DNA of 63,293 bases, filler included, from Cladosporium halotolerans (lineage: Eukaryota): assembly GCF_011745625.1 (NCBI RefSeq). It is 10 parts of 10 records of this genome, joined end to end, with 100 filler letters (N's around TTAATTAATTAA, not from the genome) between each part and the next. Parts side by side here need not be neighbours in the genome. Positions count along the whole stretch, not along the records: positions 6,505 to 12,906 come from NW_027191650.1; positions 13,007 to 19,354 come from NW_027191651.1; positions 19,455 to 25,773 come from NW_027191652.1; 7 more parts are not named here. One strand, given 5' to 3'. How positions within the stretch are numbered: position 1 is the stretch's first letter; every line of letters starts with the position of its first letter. Below, in pieces: positions 10,192 to 21,549 of this stretch. The notes beneath the pieces were generated by a model. That model searched no databases and had not been told where the DNA came from. It saw only the letters and a list, made by a program, of their open reading frames with translations. A program made the translations under genes and the position numbers.

Positions 10192-10851
10192 GGTCGGTTT
10201 CAGCCTAACAAGTGGAGTTACTCGAAGCGCTGAAATAGTGCGAGCACTGCCGGACGGAGAGCGCACACCTTTCCGTTGTGTCCGGTGTGAGTGGCTACCC
10301 ATGCAGTGAAACCAAGTGCGCTACGAAACAGCCAGAAGAGCGATGAGCCTAAGTGGCAGTTTCGCAACCAAATCCTCACCTGACGACCCCTACCCATCGA
10401 CAACTCCCGACATCAACGTCGTAGCCGCCCACCTCGCCGCGCTGCTGTCAGGGAACCCATCCATGCACGATACGACAAAGACTGCTCGCACCGCGCGCCT
10501 GCGGGCAACACGCCTCAACTGCCGCCGCCGGCGCGGCCGACCCAATATCGAAGATGAGCAAGGGTCGGGAGAACATGCATAAGATGCATCAAAAAGCGAC
10601 GAGCCTGCCGCTTTCGGCAGGACGGCCAATACATGGGCTCATAAACACCAAGATAGAACAGTAGGAGGGCACTGAGCTTAAAACCCGTGGCGTCTTGATG
10701 AAGGCGGGATGGCGAGCAGGGTTGTACGGTTAAAGGCCAACGCGAGAGCACAGATAGACGACCAATAAATGCCTGGGACTTAGCCCAGGCCTGTCATAAG
10801 CTAAACAGCTTGCATACAGTACGAATCAAGAAGAAAAAGAAGACAGAAAAA
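10192..10851 (+). mobile_element. Non-autonomous, internally deleted LINE derivative (structured 5' region + 3' UTR + A-rich tail)
   Basis: 3' half shares a 63-nt block with 8680-8742 and has the gtcataagctaaacagcttgcatac terminal motif plus an A-rich tail. 5' part forms nested stems. 5' boundary inferred. Confidence 0.6.
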
Positions 10852-11329
10852 GGGCGTTGAGCGGCTGCTCCCGCGTTGGGAATAGAACTTGGCTCTCAAG
10901 GCCATGCGACTTCCCAGTCTGCGGAGTCTAGATCCCCCTGTCCTATTTCCCAATTGTCTCTCATCCCCACGATAAATAATTACATCCGTCCATCAAAGCT
11001 TGTCGCCCTGTACTGAGCCTTGATGTCTCACGAGTTAATGCGTTCGAGGACGCTCTTCGATCAGCATCTCTAAGTTCACAACCGCAAGAGGCTACGCCGT
11101 ATATTTCGGCATGCTTGTGGCTTCCTGACGACCCTGAGGTCAAGAGCGTTATACCGATATCCTAGTGCAGTCTGGCAATCTCACACATGTCTCTTGAAGG
11201 AACGCACGCGGCCAATGCTGTGGTTACACAGTATCATCTTTATCGCCAAAAGAGCGGATAACTGGAGCGATCGGCTTCGCACCGGGCAGCGATATCAGCT
11301 GTGTAAAGCATCAAAGCGAAGGACCGCTT

Positions 11330-11767
11330 GTGGATAAGAGCTTGGATGAGGCTTCAAAGACTGGACCCCACAATCCTGCAGATGATTTGAGCGCAGCTCA
11401 GAAATCCCGGGCAGGAAAGAAGGCAAAGCCTGTAAGAAGTGCATGCTTACAGTGCAAAAAGAGGAAGATAAAATGCTCCGGTCAGCGTCCTATCTGCCAG
11501 TCTTGCAAGGATTGCGTTCTCGACTGTCTGTGGGAAGTTCCCGAAGGCTTGACAAGGATGGAGGGTTTAAGAGAGAAGCTCCAGTCAGTGACGAATCGTG
11601 TGGACAATCTCGAGGCATTAGTGGGGAGAATGCGAGATGGCACAGACGAAGAGTCCACCATGCTATTAGCGACACTTCGCCTTGGGTGGTCAGTCGAAGA
11701 GATGGCGCACGCGATAAGGACGGGACCAGCGCATGAGGAGGAAGTGGCAAAGAAAAACCCTCCTTAG
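11330..11767 (+). CDS. Small Zn2Cys6 transcription factor (cluster + short coiled coil); true start probably in an upstream exon
   Basis: SACLQCKKRKIKCSGQRPICQSCKDCVLDCLW followed by LEALVGRMRDGTDEESTMLLATLRLG. Confidence 0.85.
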   Translation: MDKSLDEASKTGPHNPADDLSAAQKSRAGKKAKPVRSACLQCKKRKIKCSGQRPICQSCKDCVLDCLWEVPEGLTRMEGLREKLQSVTNRVDNLEALVGRMRDGTDEESTMLLATLRLGWSVEEMAHAIRTGPAHEEEVAKKNPP

Positions 11768-13162
11768 GCTTGCAGCAAAGTTTCTGCCTTAAGGAGGACG
11801 AGGATGAGAGCTTGCCGAAACAGAACTATGCAAAGTAACTACACAGATCGTCGAAAGCAGAGTCACCAGCAAGGGTATCGCAAAGATGTTGTTGAAGCAA
11901 ACTAAACCACGGCGCCGGAGAGGCGCAAGTGAAAGGCTGATCCCAGGGCTGCAGTGCAGAAATTCGAGGTACAGCACACGGAAGGTTTCATATTACCATA
12001 CCAAGAGAGAGAGCACGAAAAGCGAGGACGTAGTTACATGGGTAGGATCACGACGGGAACTTGATCGAAGACCTGTGCTTCGAGATAGAACCCCACTGTA
12101 ACTTTATACATATTCAACAGCGCTATTAAGTCGGCGATCTACTTTTCTGCAAGAAGCCACTTATTCGAAAACACAGCATCGCGAGAAGGGCGTACGGTCA
12201 AGCCACCGAATGAGCCAGTTCATCAGTTCAGTGGGTAACAGGTACTGTATTGACATCGAAACCTGTCATTATGAAGCATGAAACACGGAGGTAACTCCGA
12301 CTTCACATGCACCCTATGGGAGTCAACTCTTTCAGATCAAAATCTCGTTGCTTGACCGTGCCTGCTTTGGATGTGAATTCTAACGAGTTTTTCCTGACGA
12401 GATTGCTACCGACTGCCACTGACAAGTGGGGCATCTGGCTAAATTTCCTTCGCCTGACCTTGTTGGAGTCGAACTGGTACATGTACAGACCCCAAGGATC
12501 TCATACGATGCAGCATTCCGTCAGATCATCGCAGCTACCGCAAAGCGCAAGAGGTGAGATGAGTCTTCGTCATGGCCCACTCATTATCCTCTGCACCTGG
12601 TGAGCTTCAAAGAACACAAGCTAGGCTGTGCGAGCTTCTCATCCGCGCCCAAAATCATCTCAAGGAAGAACGTACACCAAGCGGATTACACCTCACAGGA
12701 GAGCGGAATCCGATCAGAAGGCTCGGCATGTGTCTAAACAGCCGAAAGTCAAGACAAAGAACAAATCTGAAGCTGACTGTACAGGATGATAGATTCGGCA
12801 TGCGAGAACGGCACTTGCACAGTCCTGGTCACGGCATTTCTTGATTTCTTGCTTCGAGTACCTTGATAGCCGCTTTTGCTCATCCTTTGAGCTACACTGA
12901 ACCCCTNNNNNNNNNNNNNNNNNNNNNNNNNNNNNNNNNNNNNNNNNNNNTTAATTAATTAANNNNNNNNNNNNNNNNNNNNNNNNNNNNNNNNNNNNNN
13001 NNNNNNCGAGCTGCGACGACGGGCGCACAGTGGCGGCCATTGGTTAGATCTGCCAACTAGGCACAGTATTTACTTGAAAAGCGTCCTTTTTCTCAAAAAC
13101 AATAACAAGTTCAATATCCTCTTTTGGGTGCCTGTCCGCCCACTCAGTTATTCTGATACATA

Positions 13163-15312
13163 CAGTAGAAAGCTTCCCCACCTCAGGCACGGACACACCT
13201 CAGGCACGCTTGACGGGCCCGGTGTCGAGGAGCTCCTACTACTTGTATCTCACACATCAATGGCCCAATACGGCTGAAAGCATACCACCAGGAAGCTACA
13301 GTACTACTATACAAGTCTGCGACAGTTTCATGTTTTAAATCGTGCTGGTCGGCGCACTGGCCGGCCTTTCGCCGTTGTCGCCACCTCCACGGGCTCAACG
13401 ACTACTGGCTCTCGTATAGTGTTTGTAGCCTTCTGAGCAGCTAACTTACCCTTTGATCGGCTTCGTAGACGCCTGTGCCCAGCCCTCGATTCTTTTTCGG
13501 TCTGTTTCTGAGCTTTCTTAGCCTCTCGTGACGCCTGAGCTGCGGCCTTCTCCTGAGCTGCAGCTGTCTTGCGAGCAAAAGCAGTCGCAGCTCGTTCATC
13601 TCGCTTCCTCTGCGCCTCTACCTGCTTCTGCACCTTCTTTGCAGCTCGTTCTCGAGTCCTGGCCTCTTTTTCTTGCTGCGACTGCTCCTTCTCTCGCTCT
13701 CTGCCCAATGCAATGTCTCGAGTCTTCTGGTTTTTGGAAGGGCTCATGAACAGCGTCTCAGATGGGCCGGACGCTCTCAGCTCGTCTACAACCTTCCGCC
13801 TCTTCTTCTTTCGCCCCTCCTCTTGGCGTAGATACTCACTCAAGCGCTTGACTCTCAGATCCGACAACACAAGCTTCGCTGAGAGACCGAGCACCGTGTC
13901 ACTCAGCCTCTCCGGTGTCTCTTGCGTCTTGTTATCGCTACGTGCCGATTCGACATTGAGCATACTTCTGAGCCTTTTTGTCTTCGACGGTGAATCGTAT
14001 ACACTCGGTGGACTGCCGCTTGAGCGTTGCGTGCTTCGCTGGGACCTGGTCTTAGCTTCCTGGGCTTCGGGGAAGGATTTGAGCACTTTCTGGGGATCAA
14101 AAGGCCAGATCCCGGTCTTCGACCAAGCCGACACTATGTTCTCCTCCGAGAAGGCTTTCTCGAAGGCTGGCCAGAAGATCGAGAAGAAGTCTCGTTTGCT
14201 GATGCTTGTGCGGCCTTCTGACTTCCTGACTAGGTCGTCGAGCGCCTGGCTGTAGTAATTGGCCAGTGGGGCAAAGACGCCCACATCGAGAGGCTGCAGC
14301 CTGTGTGTGGAGTGAGGCGGGTAGACGGCGAGCAAGACCTTGTGCTGCTCGCACCAGTCGAGGAACTTCATGTTGACGTGTGAGCCATGTCCGTCGACGA
14401 ATAAGAGCCTGTGAGATCGCCTCGCTTTGGACGCCGTTTCCTTCTCGAATAGGCCTGTCAGCCAGCTGTAACCGAGCTCGTCGCTCGTCCATCCGTTCGG
14501 CGATGATGCAAAGTGGCAGTTGTGTTCGTCCGGCTCGAAGTCGTTGAGCCACGTGTCTTGTAAGTTGCCGGAGATCGCCTTGTAGATCAAAGCTGGCGAT
14601 AAACGCGTGCCATCTGCACAGATCGCTGCCACAACCGTGACCCACTCTCTACTGCCGTCCTGCCCGGCTCCTGCGAGGCCGCCTCGCTCGTACAGCTCTC
14701 GTGCGATGATTCTGCGAGTCTTTTGTAGCTTGCCGATGAGGAAACCCTTCTCATCCATGTTGTATATATTGTCAGCACTTATCTTGTATTCTTCTATTTT
14801 TCGACCAACGATGGTGAAGTAGGCCTCGTAGTTACTCCCGGAGTCGGCTCTGTGACGTGCGAGGTCGATGGTGTTGAGATATCGGGCGTCAAGCCTATGC
14901 TTGTGTCTTGCCACGAATCGCGAGGACCAGCTCTTTGAAAGCCTTCTCCCACACAACTCTTGAGCTATATTGGCCACAATCTTGGGCGTAGGTGGAAGGC
15001 AACGCTCGCAAAGATGGTTTATATAGCTTAAAAACTCTTCTTCTTGCTTATCGTTGAGCTTCCTCTGAGACTCGTAACCACGGGGCCTCGAAGAGGTTTT
15101 CGCATGGACACGCTTGCTGAGCGCGGATCTGGTGACCCCGTGCTTTTTCGCTACATCAGATATCCTCAGGCCATCAGAAGACCTCAGATCTGCAAGCGCG
15201 GCATCCATTGAGTTGTTATCGCAGGGCTATCACGCAAAGAAGAGAGCACGTTGGTGTCGCGTCAAGCGTGCCTGAGGTGTGTCCGTGCCTGAGGTGGGGA
15301 AGCTTTCTACGC
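13163..15312 (-). mobile_element. Fot1/pogo-type (Tc1/mariner superfamily) DNA transposon, full length
   Basis: Perfect 51-bp inverted repeats at 13165-13215 and 15260-15310, each with two cacctcaggcacg direct repeats. TA precedes the left end. Encloses a transposase. Confidence 0.93.
13328..15208 (-). CDS. Fot1/pogo DDE_1 transposase, intact 626 aa
   Basis: N-terminal HTH/CENP-B-like region; catalytic motifs NMDEKGF, LFVDGHGSH, HRLQPLDV. Confidence 0.95.
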   Translation of the reverse strand: MDAALADLRSSDGLRISDVAKKHGVTRSALSKRVHAKTSSRPRGYESQRKLNDKQEEEFLSYINHLCERCLPPTPKIVANIAQELCGRRLSKSWSSRFVARHKHRLDARYLNTIDLARHRADSGSNYEAYFTIVGRKIEEYKISADNIYNMDEKGFLIGKLQKTRRIIARELYERGGLAGAGQDGSREWVTVVAAICADGTRLSPALIYKAISGNLQDTWLNDFEPDEHNCHFASSPNGWTSDELGYSWLTGLFEKETASKARRSHRLLFVDGHGSHVNMKFLDWCEQHKVLLAVYPPHSTHRLQPLDVGVFAPLANYYSQALDDLVRKSEGRTSISKRDFFSIFWPAFEKAFSEENIVSAWSKTGIWPFDPQKVLKSFPEAQEAKTRSQRSTQRSSGSPPSVYDSPSKTKRLRSMLNVESARSDNKTQETPERLSDTVLGLSAKLVLSDLRVKRLSEYLRQEEGRKKKRRKVVDELRASGPSETLFMSPSKNQKTRDIALGREREKEQSQQEKEARTRERAAKKVQKQVEAQRKRDERAATAFARKTAAAQEKAAAQASREAKKAQKQTEKESRAGHRRLRSRSKGKLAAQKATNTIREPVVVEPVEVATTAKGRPVRRPARFKT

Positions 15313-15544
15313 TTTCTTTCACAGTCCGCCACTCGGTCTCGTATAACTTCAAGAAGCATACACATGTTTGGGCCTTGACGGTTGGAATACTTCGCAATCT
15401 ATGCAAACACCAGATCGATCCCATTCACCGGTGGGATATCCCAGCCGCCAAGGCGGAAGACCGACAGGGTAACCTTGTCTCAGCTGGGGCTGAAGGATTC
15501 CAAGCCTGTAAATTGTGGAGGGGTTGGAGCACATAGAATCCTCT

Positions 15545-15846
15545 ACCCGTTTCCTGCGATTGTGTCAGGCTGCAGCTGAAAAGGCCTGGATAAGCCAAGG
15601 TGGTGTGAAACAACCGAAGGAGGCAGCTTGCGCGCCAGGACTCACCCNNNNNNNNNNNNNNNNNNNNNNNNNNNNNNNNNNNNNNNNNNNNNNNNNNNNN
15701 NNNNNNNNNNNNNNNNNNNNNNNNNNNNNNNNNNNNNNNNNNNACCCGTTTCCTGCGATTGTGTCAGGCTGCAGCTGAAAAGGCCTGGATAAGCCAAGGT
15801 GGTGTGAAACAACCGAAGGAGGCAGCTTGCGCGCCAGGACTCACCC
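15545..15846 (+). repeat. Exact 103-bp duplication (15545-15647 and 15744-15846) flanking an internal N gap
   Basis: Identical sequence on both sides of a 96-N gap that lacks the linker; probably an unmerged overlap. Confidence 0.85.
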
Positions 15847-17956
15847 CTTTTCTCCCAGTGACACCCCGGGCCCATCAGGCAGCAGACTCATTTCCTCGTG
15901 TTTCGGTCAAGAGCTATGTGGCTTGGGTCGGTTCGCGAGGATGCGTCATGATGCCGCACCGGTGAGAGCACAAGCGAGTAGCGAATGGAGCGGTACGAAG
16001 CAAGGGTCGGTCGTTAACTCTCGCCTGATTGGTCTCGATAGGAGCATGGTTGGGCTTGCTGTATCTCAGCTGTGTGAAGGCGGATGGAGGACTGTGAGAT
16101 GACCAGCTTCTGAGGTCTTCTCATGTTGTCTCTGGTGAATTTGTCTTCCAATACTCAGCAGAGGGGGTGTCTGTGCAGCCTCAAAATGACTAATTTCCCA
16201 GTCCAGGGCCGTGCTATGTCACGGTCTGCAGATTGTGCAAGGTCTGAAGTCGTTCACGAGTACCTGAGCCGCCAGGGGTCAAGACATGGAGTCTGCAAGA
16301 GCAAGGGCGCTGCGGCTGCTAGTTCACGAGCTAGACCATGCCTGGGCCGTCAGCATGGCCATACAGGCACCTTACTCCGAAAGTCATAGCTCTGGGCTCA
16401 GTGAAGCTCCACTGCTGCCTAAATCTGCTGTTATTGCAGTGGCAAAGCTACATTTGCGGCCAAGGCTTGATTCGCAAACGAGCTCGTTGAAAAAGGCCTT
16501 CTCAAATCGACGTGCGGCGACATAGGTTCATCGGCCCATGGCTTCCGCGAACGCCACGACCGGGGGTGGTAGTCTGACGCGCATGATTCTGCTTTGTAGA
16601 GCATCGGCAGATTTGATTGGGAGAAGCTCCAGTCGACAACATGCTGCGGCTGCAGCAACATTGCCAGCATGAGGATTGCCATCCAAAGTCCCCTAACTCA
16701 TTTATTGAAGTATTCGCACACGATTTAATGGATTGATACCCGAGACGGCGGTTGCGGTGTGCTGCTGCTGAATGACATGTGATTCGGCTTGCAGGCGGAA
16801 GCGCTGACCGTCCCGACAACCCATCTAGCCCCAGCACAAATGCACGTGGCAGATTGTGGAGCTGTGACGACTGAGCTTCGAGCCATCTCTAGCCCACCCA
16901 GTGATGGCAACACATAGTCCACCCTTCAAAATCCACCCATCGGTCTTCTATATTTCAAAAAGCATACGTATGGTTTGAGCTTTGATGGTCGGCGCACTCA
17001 AACTCCTTTGCATTCACCACTCACCGTTGAGATCTGTCAGCAGCCAAGGCGGAAGACCACCCCGGTAATCTTGTCTCAGCTGAGGCTTGAACGGCTGAAG
17101 CAATCCCAAGTGTCCATCTCCTGCAATTGTGACAGGCCCAGCCGAAATCCCAGGGTCCTGTTCGCAGACGTCAAATCCCACAATTTCACAGTACAGCCCC
17201 ATCAATGCGGTCGCAATCATTGGTTAAAGGGCAGGGGAGACGCCATGCTGCCAGACGCAAACGCCGACAGTTCAACCGCGTGACGATACCTGCAGCTTCA
17301 GATTCAAGCTGCGTAATTATTGGTGGGCCGCTCCGGCATTTTGGTGGTCAAGGTGTCTCGTTTGGCGCGATAGGCTGCATCACTACATCTCTCCAAAGAA
17401 TTACGAAGCCAGCATCCAACGAACGAAGAGATGTGATTGAGCGTTCCTCCAATATGCATAGCTCGAAACGACGAGGAAGACACTTCGATTCGTGCCGTTC
17501 ATACACCAGGTCACTGACGCTAATCGCCCCAAGTCACATGCAACCTGACGCTGCGCATTGTGCACACCAGGATCTTGACGGCAAGGCAAATTGAGGCAAC
17601 CAGCTGCAAGTTGCCGCCTCGTTTGCCTTCCTATCGCAGTCGCCTTCTTTCTGTGATAGGTCTCGCAGCCTTTTTTTTTTTTTTTTTTTATAGGCATGAG
17701 CAGGCCTTCGAGTGCAATTTCCTCGCTGCACATGCTTAGCATTCCAATGCCCATCTCCTCATAACACTCACAATAGAAGCTCACAAGAGATTGACAGCAC
17801 CATCAAAGTCGGAAATATCCTAACAGCATTGCCTGCCCTTTCCACTGTAACTTGACAGTGAACATTCTTTCCAAATGCTGGACAAGAAAACTCTGGACAA
17901 TGGGGATCGCGAAAGGCGGCATAGCATAACGTTATCGTATCTCACTCAGACTACGC

Positions 17957-19244
17957 ATGAATGCCGCAAAAACTTTAGGAGCTTTGAAGACCAGCCAACC
18001 GTCTCTTCTTGGTATGCTATCTTTCAAGTTTCGCCACTCACTGCCTTCAACACATGCCTTCTGGAGCCCATTCGCGTCGGAGGCCCCTTTCCACAACCGC
18101 TGGGATTGCAATGAACTTCATTTACTGACGTTTTTATGTAGCGAAGGAAGCAGTACCACAGCGGAAATTAGCTCAAGCGGGTTTACTCCAAGCTCGAACT
18201 CCTCGAAGAACCACTGCAAAGTATTTGTCTCCGGTTCAGTCATACGAAACCAGGTCACGACAGACTTTGCCTCCAAATGGACCTCACGTTTGGACGCTGT
18301 ACCAGGCTCCCTGGCAATGTCAGACTCTATTCAGCTTCGGGGAATTGAAAGTCGCACAATTCTTGAATGTTCCCGCGGAAATTATGCGTCAAAGCACCAC
18401 AAAAGAGACTATGACTGTGCATCGAGCTTTCTGTTCGGCGACAAGCATCGAAATTCTGATTCAGCTTCCCACCAGCATCAATGCAGGCAGCAATGGCCTT
18501 CCCTCACCCTACAGCTACATGTAAACCCGGTCTCTGAAGAGGAGCTTGCCAGCAAAGTTCAAGACATATACGCTACCTTGATTGAGGTGGAGCAGAGATG
18601 TCTAAATATAGATTCGCAAGTGAAAGCCCGTCTCAACCTGGACCTAAGCACGGATCAATTCAAGTCGATGGTCGCACTCCACAGCACCCTTGTGTATCAG
18701 CATCATGACTTCCTCATGGCAACATACCACCCGTCCGCGGGCCCGGAGCTGCTCGGCCTTGCAGAAAAGTATCATATGCCGGGACGAATGTGAAAGCATG
18801 GCATTCACGCGATACTAGAAATACTTCGACACCAAATGCCAAATTCGCAGGACTTCATGCTAGCCTTCATACACCTTGCTTACCAGATGATCTCGGTGTT
18901 CCTCGAGACCGTACCACGTCTGACAAATATCTGGATTGAATGCCTTGGTGATCTCGCCCGCTATCGCATTGCCGTCGAAGAAGATGGAGGTATTCGCAAC
19001 GTATGGACCGCTGTAGCTGGAAGTTGGTATGTCAAGGCATCTGGTCGCTGTCCAGCAGTCGGTCGTCTATATCATCACGCTGGGATCTTGGAACGTTCTT
19101 CGTTGGCCAAACTTTACTTTTATGGACGCGCATTGACATCGATCATGCCCCTTCAGAATGCATGGGAGTCATTGCACACGCTTTGTACCACCATGCTGGA
19201 CGACTCACAATCACATTGTGAGAGCATGCCTTCCCAAGCCTCAG
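17957..19244 (+). pseudogene. Est1/SMG6-like TPR-domain protein, pseudogene
   Basis: ALHSTLVYQHHDFLMATYHPSA...KYHMPGRM*KHGIH...WIECLGDLARYR...GRLYHH. In-frame TGA at 18791-18793 sits where Trp is expected. 3' end cut by a retroelement tail. Start uncertain. Confidence 0.85.
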
Positions 19245-19354
19245 TTTTTTTTTTTTTTTTTTTTTTTTTGGAATCATATTGTATGCAAGCTATCTAGCTT
19301 ATGACAACCCCTAGCTAATTACTAGAAGACTTCTCGTTCCCCAATGTACTCTTG
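19245..19354 (-). mobile_element. Retroelement 3' end with 25-nt poly(A) inserted in the Est1-like gene
   Basis: T25 (19245-19269) followed by the reverse complement of ...ctaggggttgtcataagctagatagcttgcatacaatatgattcc; runs into the contig end. Confidence 0.8.
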
Positions 19355-19454
19355 NNNNNNNNNNNNNNNNNNNNNNNNNNNNNNNNNNNNNNNNNNNNTT
19401 AATTAATTAANNNNNNNNNNNNNNNNNNNNNNNNNNNNNNNNNNNNNNNNNNNN

Positions 19455-19529
19455 TAGTAACTAGCTAGGGGTTGTCATAAGCTAAATAGCTTGCATACAA
19501 TATGATTCAAAAAAAAAAAAAAAAAAAAA
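19455..19529 (+). mobile_element. Retroelement 3' end with poly(A), same family
   Basis: tagtaactagctaggggttgtcataagctaaatagcttgcatacaatatgattc plus A21 at the contig start. Confidence 0.8.
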
Positions 19530-20498
19530 GATCTGCGTCTCTCATTTCTAGCTTTCGAGCAAAAACGTACACGGCTATCGTATGGCGGTTCAGCATTCCA
19601 GCACCACATGGGCAGACGCTGATACCGAATAGATTTGTCTTAGGAACAGGATATTATACCAAGTTGTCGCTGGTGGTCTCGATGCTTTATTGGCTTGATA
19701 ATTGTTCAGAACCGCTGAGACGCGACTACACTACGGTCGCGCGCGCCGCAAGCCCGCTATGCCGCGCGGAGCTGCCCGAGCGAATCAAAAGTGGCGATGA
19801 TCGCGACACCGGAGTGCCTTCGCGTCTGGCCCTAGTCAGCGGGCCCCAAGGCTGATCCTTCAGAACGACCAGTCTGGCGCTTATTTGCAAGCCGCAACCT
19901 CCGTTAATGGTCCCTGACGACATGCATTTGAATGCATGACGTTCTTCTTGCCGCTGCGCATCTGGCACATTTACATTCATCTTCATTCGGGCCACCTGTC
20001 GCTTCTACGTAGGCTCGAAAGCTGAAGCGCCGAACGATGACGGCGACAATTTAGACAATGAAACGACTGTCTACGCGATCGGCGCCCCAAACCCTGATTG
20101 GGCACGCAGGCAAACGACAGGAGAACAGCAAGAGATGGGTGATCAATGAAGTATGGCGTGGAGAATGGATACAGGATGGAAATTGGATAAGTGTCCCGGC
20201 ACACGTGGATTCCCGACACAGGTGGATGGACGTTAGTGATTTTTCAATGACGGACTATGCAATTAGGGTTTCGCAGGCTTCAGGTGCGCTCACATGTTGA
20301 ACGTTAGACGCATGAGCTTTCGGCAGGCCTACCACTACAGCGCCTCTCATTCATGTCACAAACAAGTGGCAGTCTAGCATGAACTTGTAACGGAGCCACG
20401 TTGCATATACAATCAAATCAAGCCAAATCACGTCAATATCTACAGATAGCAGGATGCATCCAATTCATTCTGGCTTCGGTTTCTTGGCGCTACACTGC

Positions 20499-21520
20499 TT
20501 AGACACTATATTGTCGCATGGAGTTGCCTCCCTTGCTGTTGTATGCGAGATCAAGATTGCTCAATGCACTGAGCAAATTCTCTAATCTCCCTCCTTGAAT
20601 ATCAGTTCCGGACCTGCTCAAGTCCACCATCCAATCGGCTCGGAGTCTGATGGTTGTCTTTCTGCGAGAAATCTCCTCTTGTACCTTGCCAAAGATGTCA
20701 TCAGCTTCTGGAGGCATGTGTAAATGGAGTCTCAGTGCTGTTTGTTGAATTCCAAGGAGTGCAAAACGGAGAGCGGCAAAGGCTCCGCCCATTTGATAAA
20801 GCATACGAAGGGCAATGAGGAACCCAGTCTCCGCAGATGGCGAATAGGTCATACTGAGTGCAGATGCGGATGGTAAAGTCTCCAGAGCCACAGACATGGC
20901 AATCTGAGAAAACACGATTCGAGCTTGAAGGCCGGCGAACATTGTAGAACCTAGAGTCAACAGTTGCCGGAGTTCATGCGCAGCAGACCTCGCCGTAGAT
21001 AAGCAGGCTCTATCGAAAGCTTTGCGGTTTCTCGTGGGAGTGAATGTATAGAAGGCAGCGTAGGTGTTGTCACAAAATGGCGGAAGAGCTGCAAAATGGC
21101 ATAATGATACCAACAGCTGGACCGAAACAATTAGCATATCTGCTACACTGAACAATCCGTTCAATATGCGTGAGCGCGTCTACTTGACTTACTGAAGAAG
21201 AAGCAGCTGGGGTGTCTTTTGATCGAGGGAGTACACAATCCCGCCAGACGAATTCCATACCAATCGCAGACGGTGACAAAGAGCGAGGGACGCGTCTAGA
21301 TACTCTTGAGTCAATCCAGAGTCTGTATGATTCCTTTGAAGTGTCCTGATTTCCAGAAATATCATCATGATTGAAGATCTCATCAGGAATATTTCATCCG
21401 TCAATGCCAAAATCTGTGGATCGCTTCGGGGCCAAGGCGTCCATTCCTTATCTGCAGAATGTCCCTTAAGGAGCGGCGTCAAATCGGGCGGCAGCTTAGA
21501 GAGGCTGTACTCTTCCCCAA
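20499..21520 (-). pseudogene. C-terminal remnant of a fungal C6 (NirA-like) transcription factor
   Basis: EWTPWPRS...QKTPQLLLL, intron from 21192 (GTAAGT...GCTAAT...CAG), HCWYHYAILQLFRHF, then a frame change to ARSAAHELRQLL...FLIALRML. No Zn cluster and no room for a 5' part. Confidence 0.6.
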
Positions 21521-21549
21521 GTCATATGATCGATCAATATCGATCCGAT

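Noticed and set aside
15545..15846. Tandem duplication or LTR pair
   Set aside because: Exact copies abutting an N gap are most simply an unmerged assembly overlap.
17671..17689. T19 run as another retro-insertion tail
   Set aside because: Adjacent sequence does not match the retroposon family and no TSD was seen.
19245..19529. Apparent large inverted repeat around the gap
   Set aside because: Two separate contigs each ending in the same retroelement tail; the symmetry comes from concatenation.
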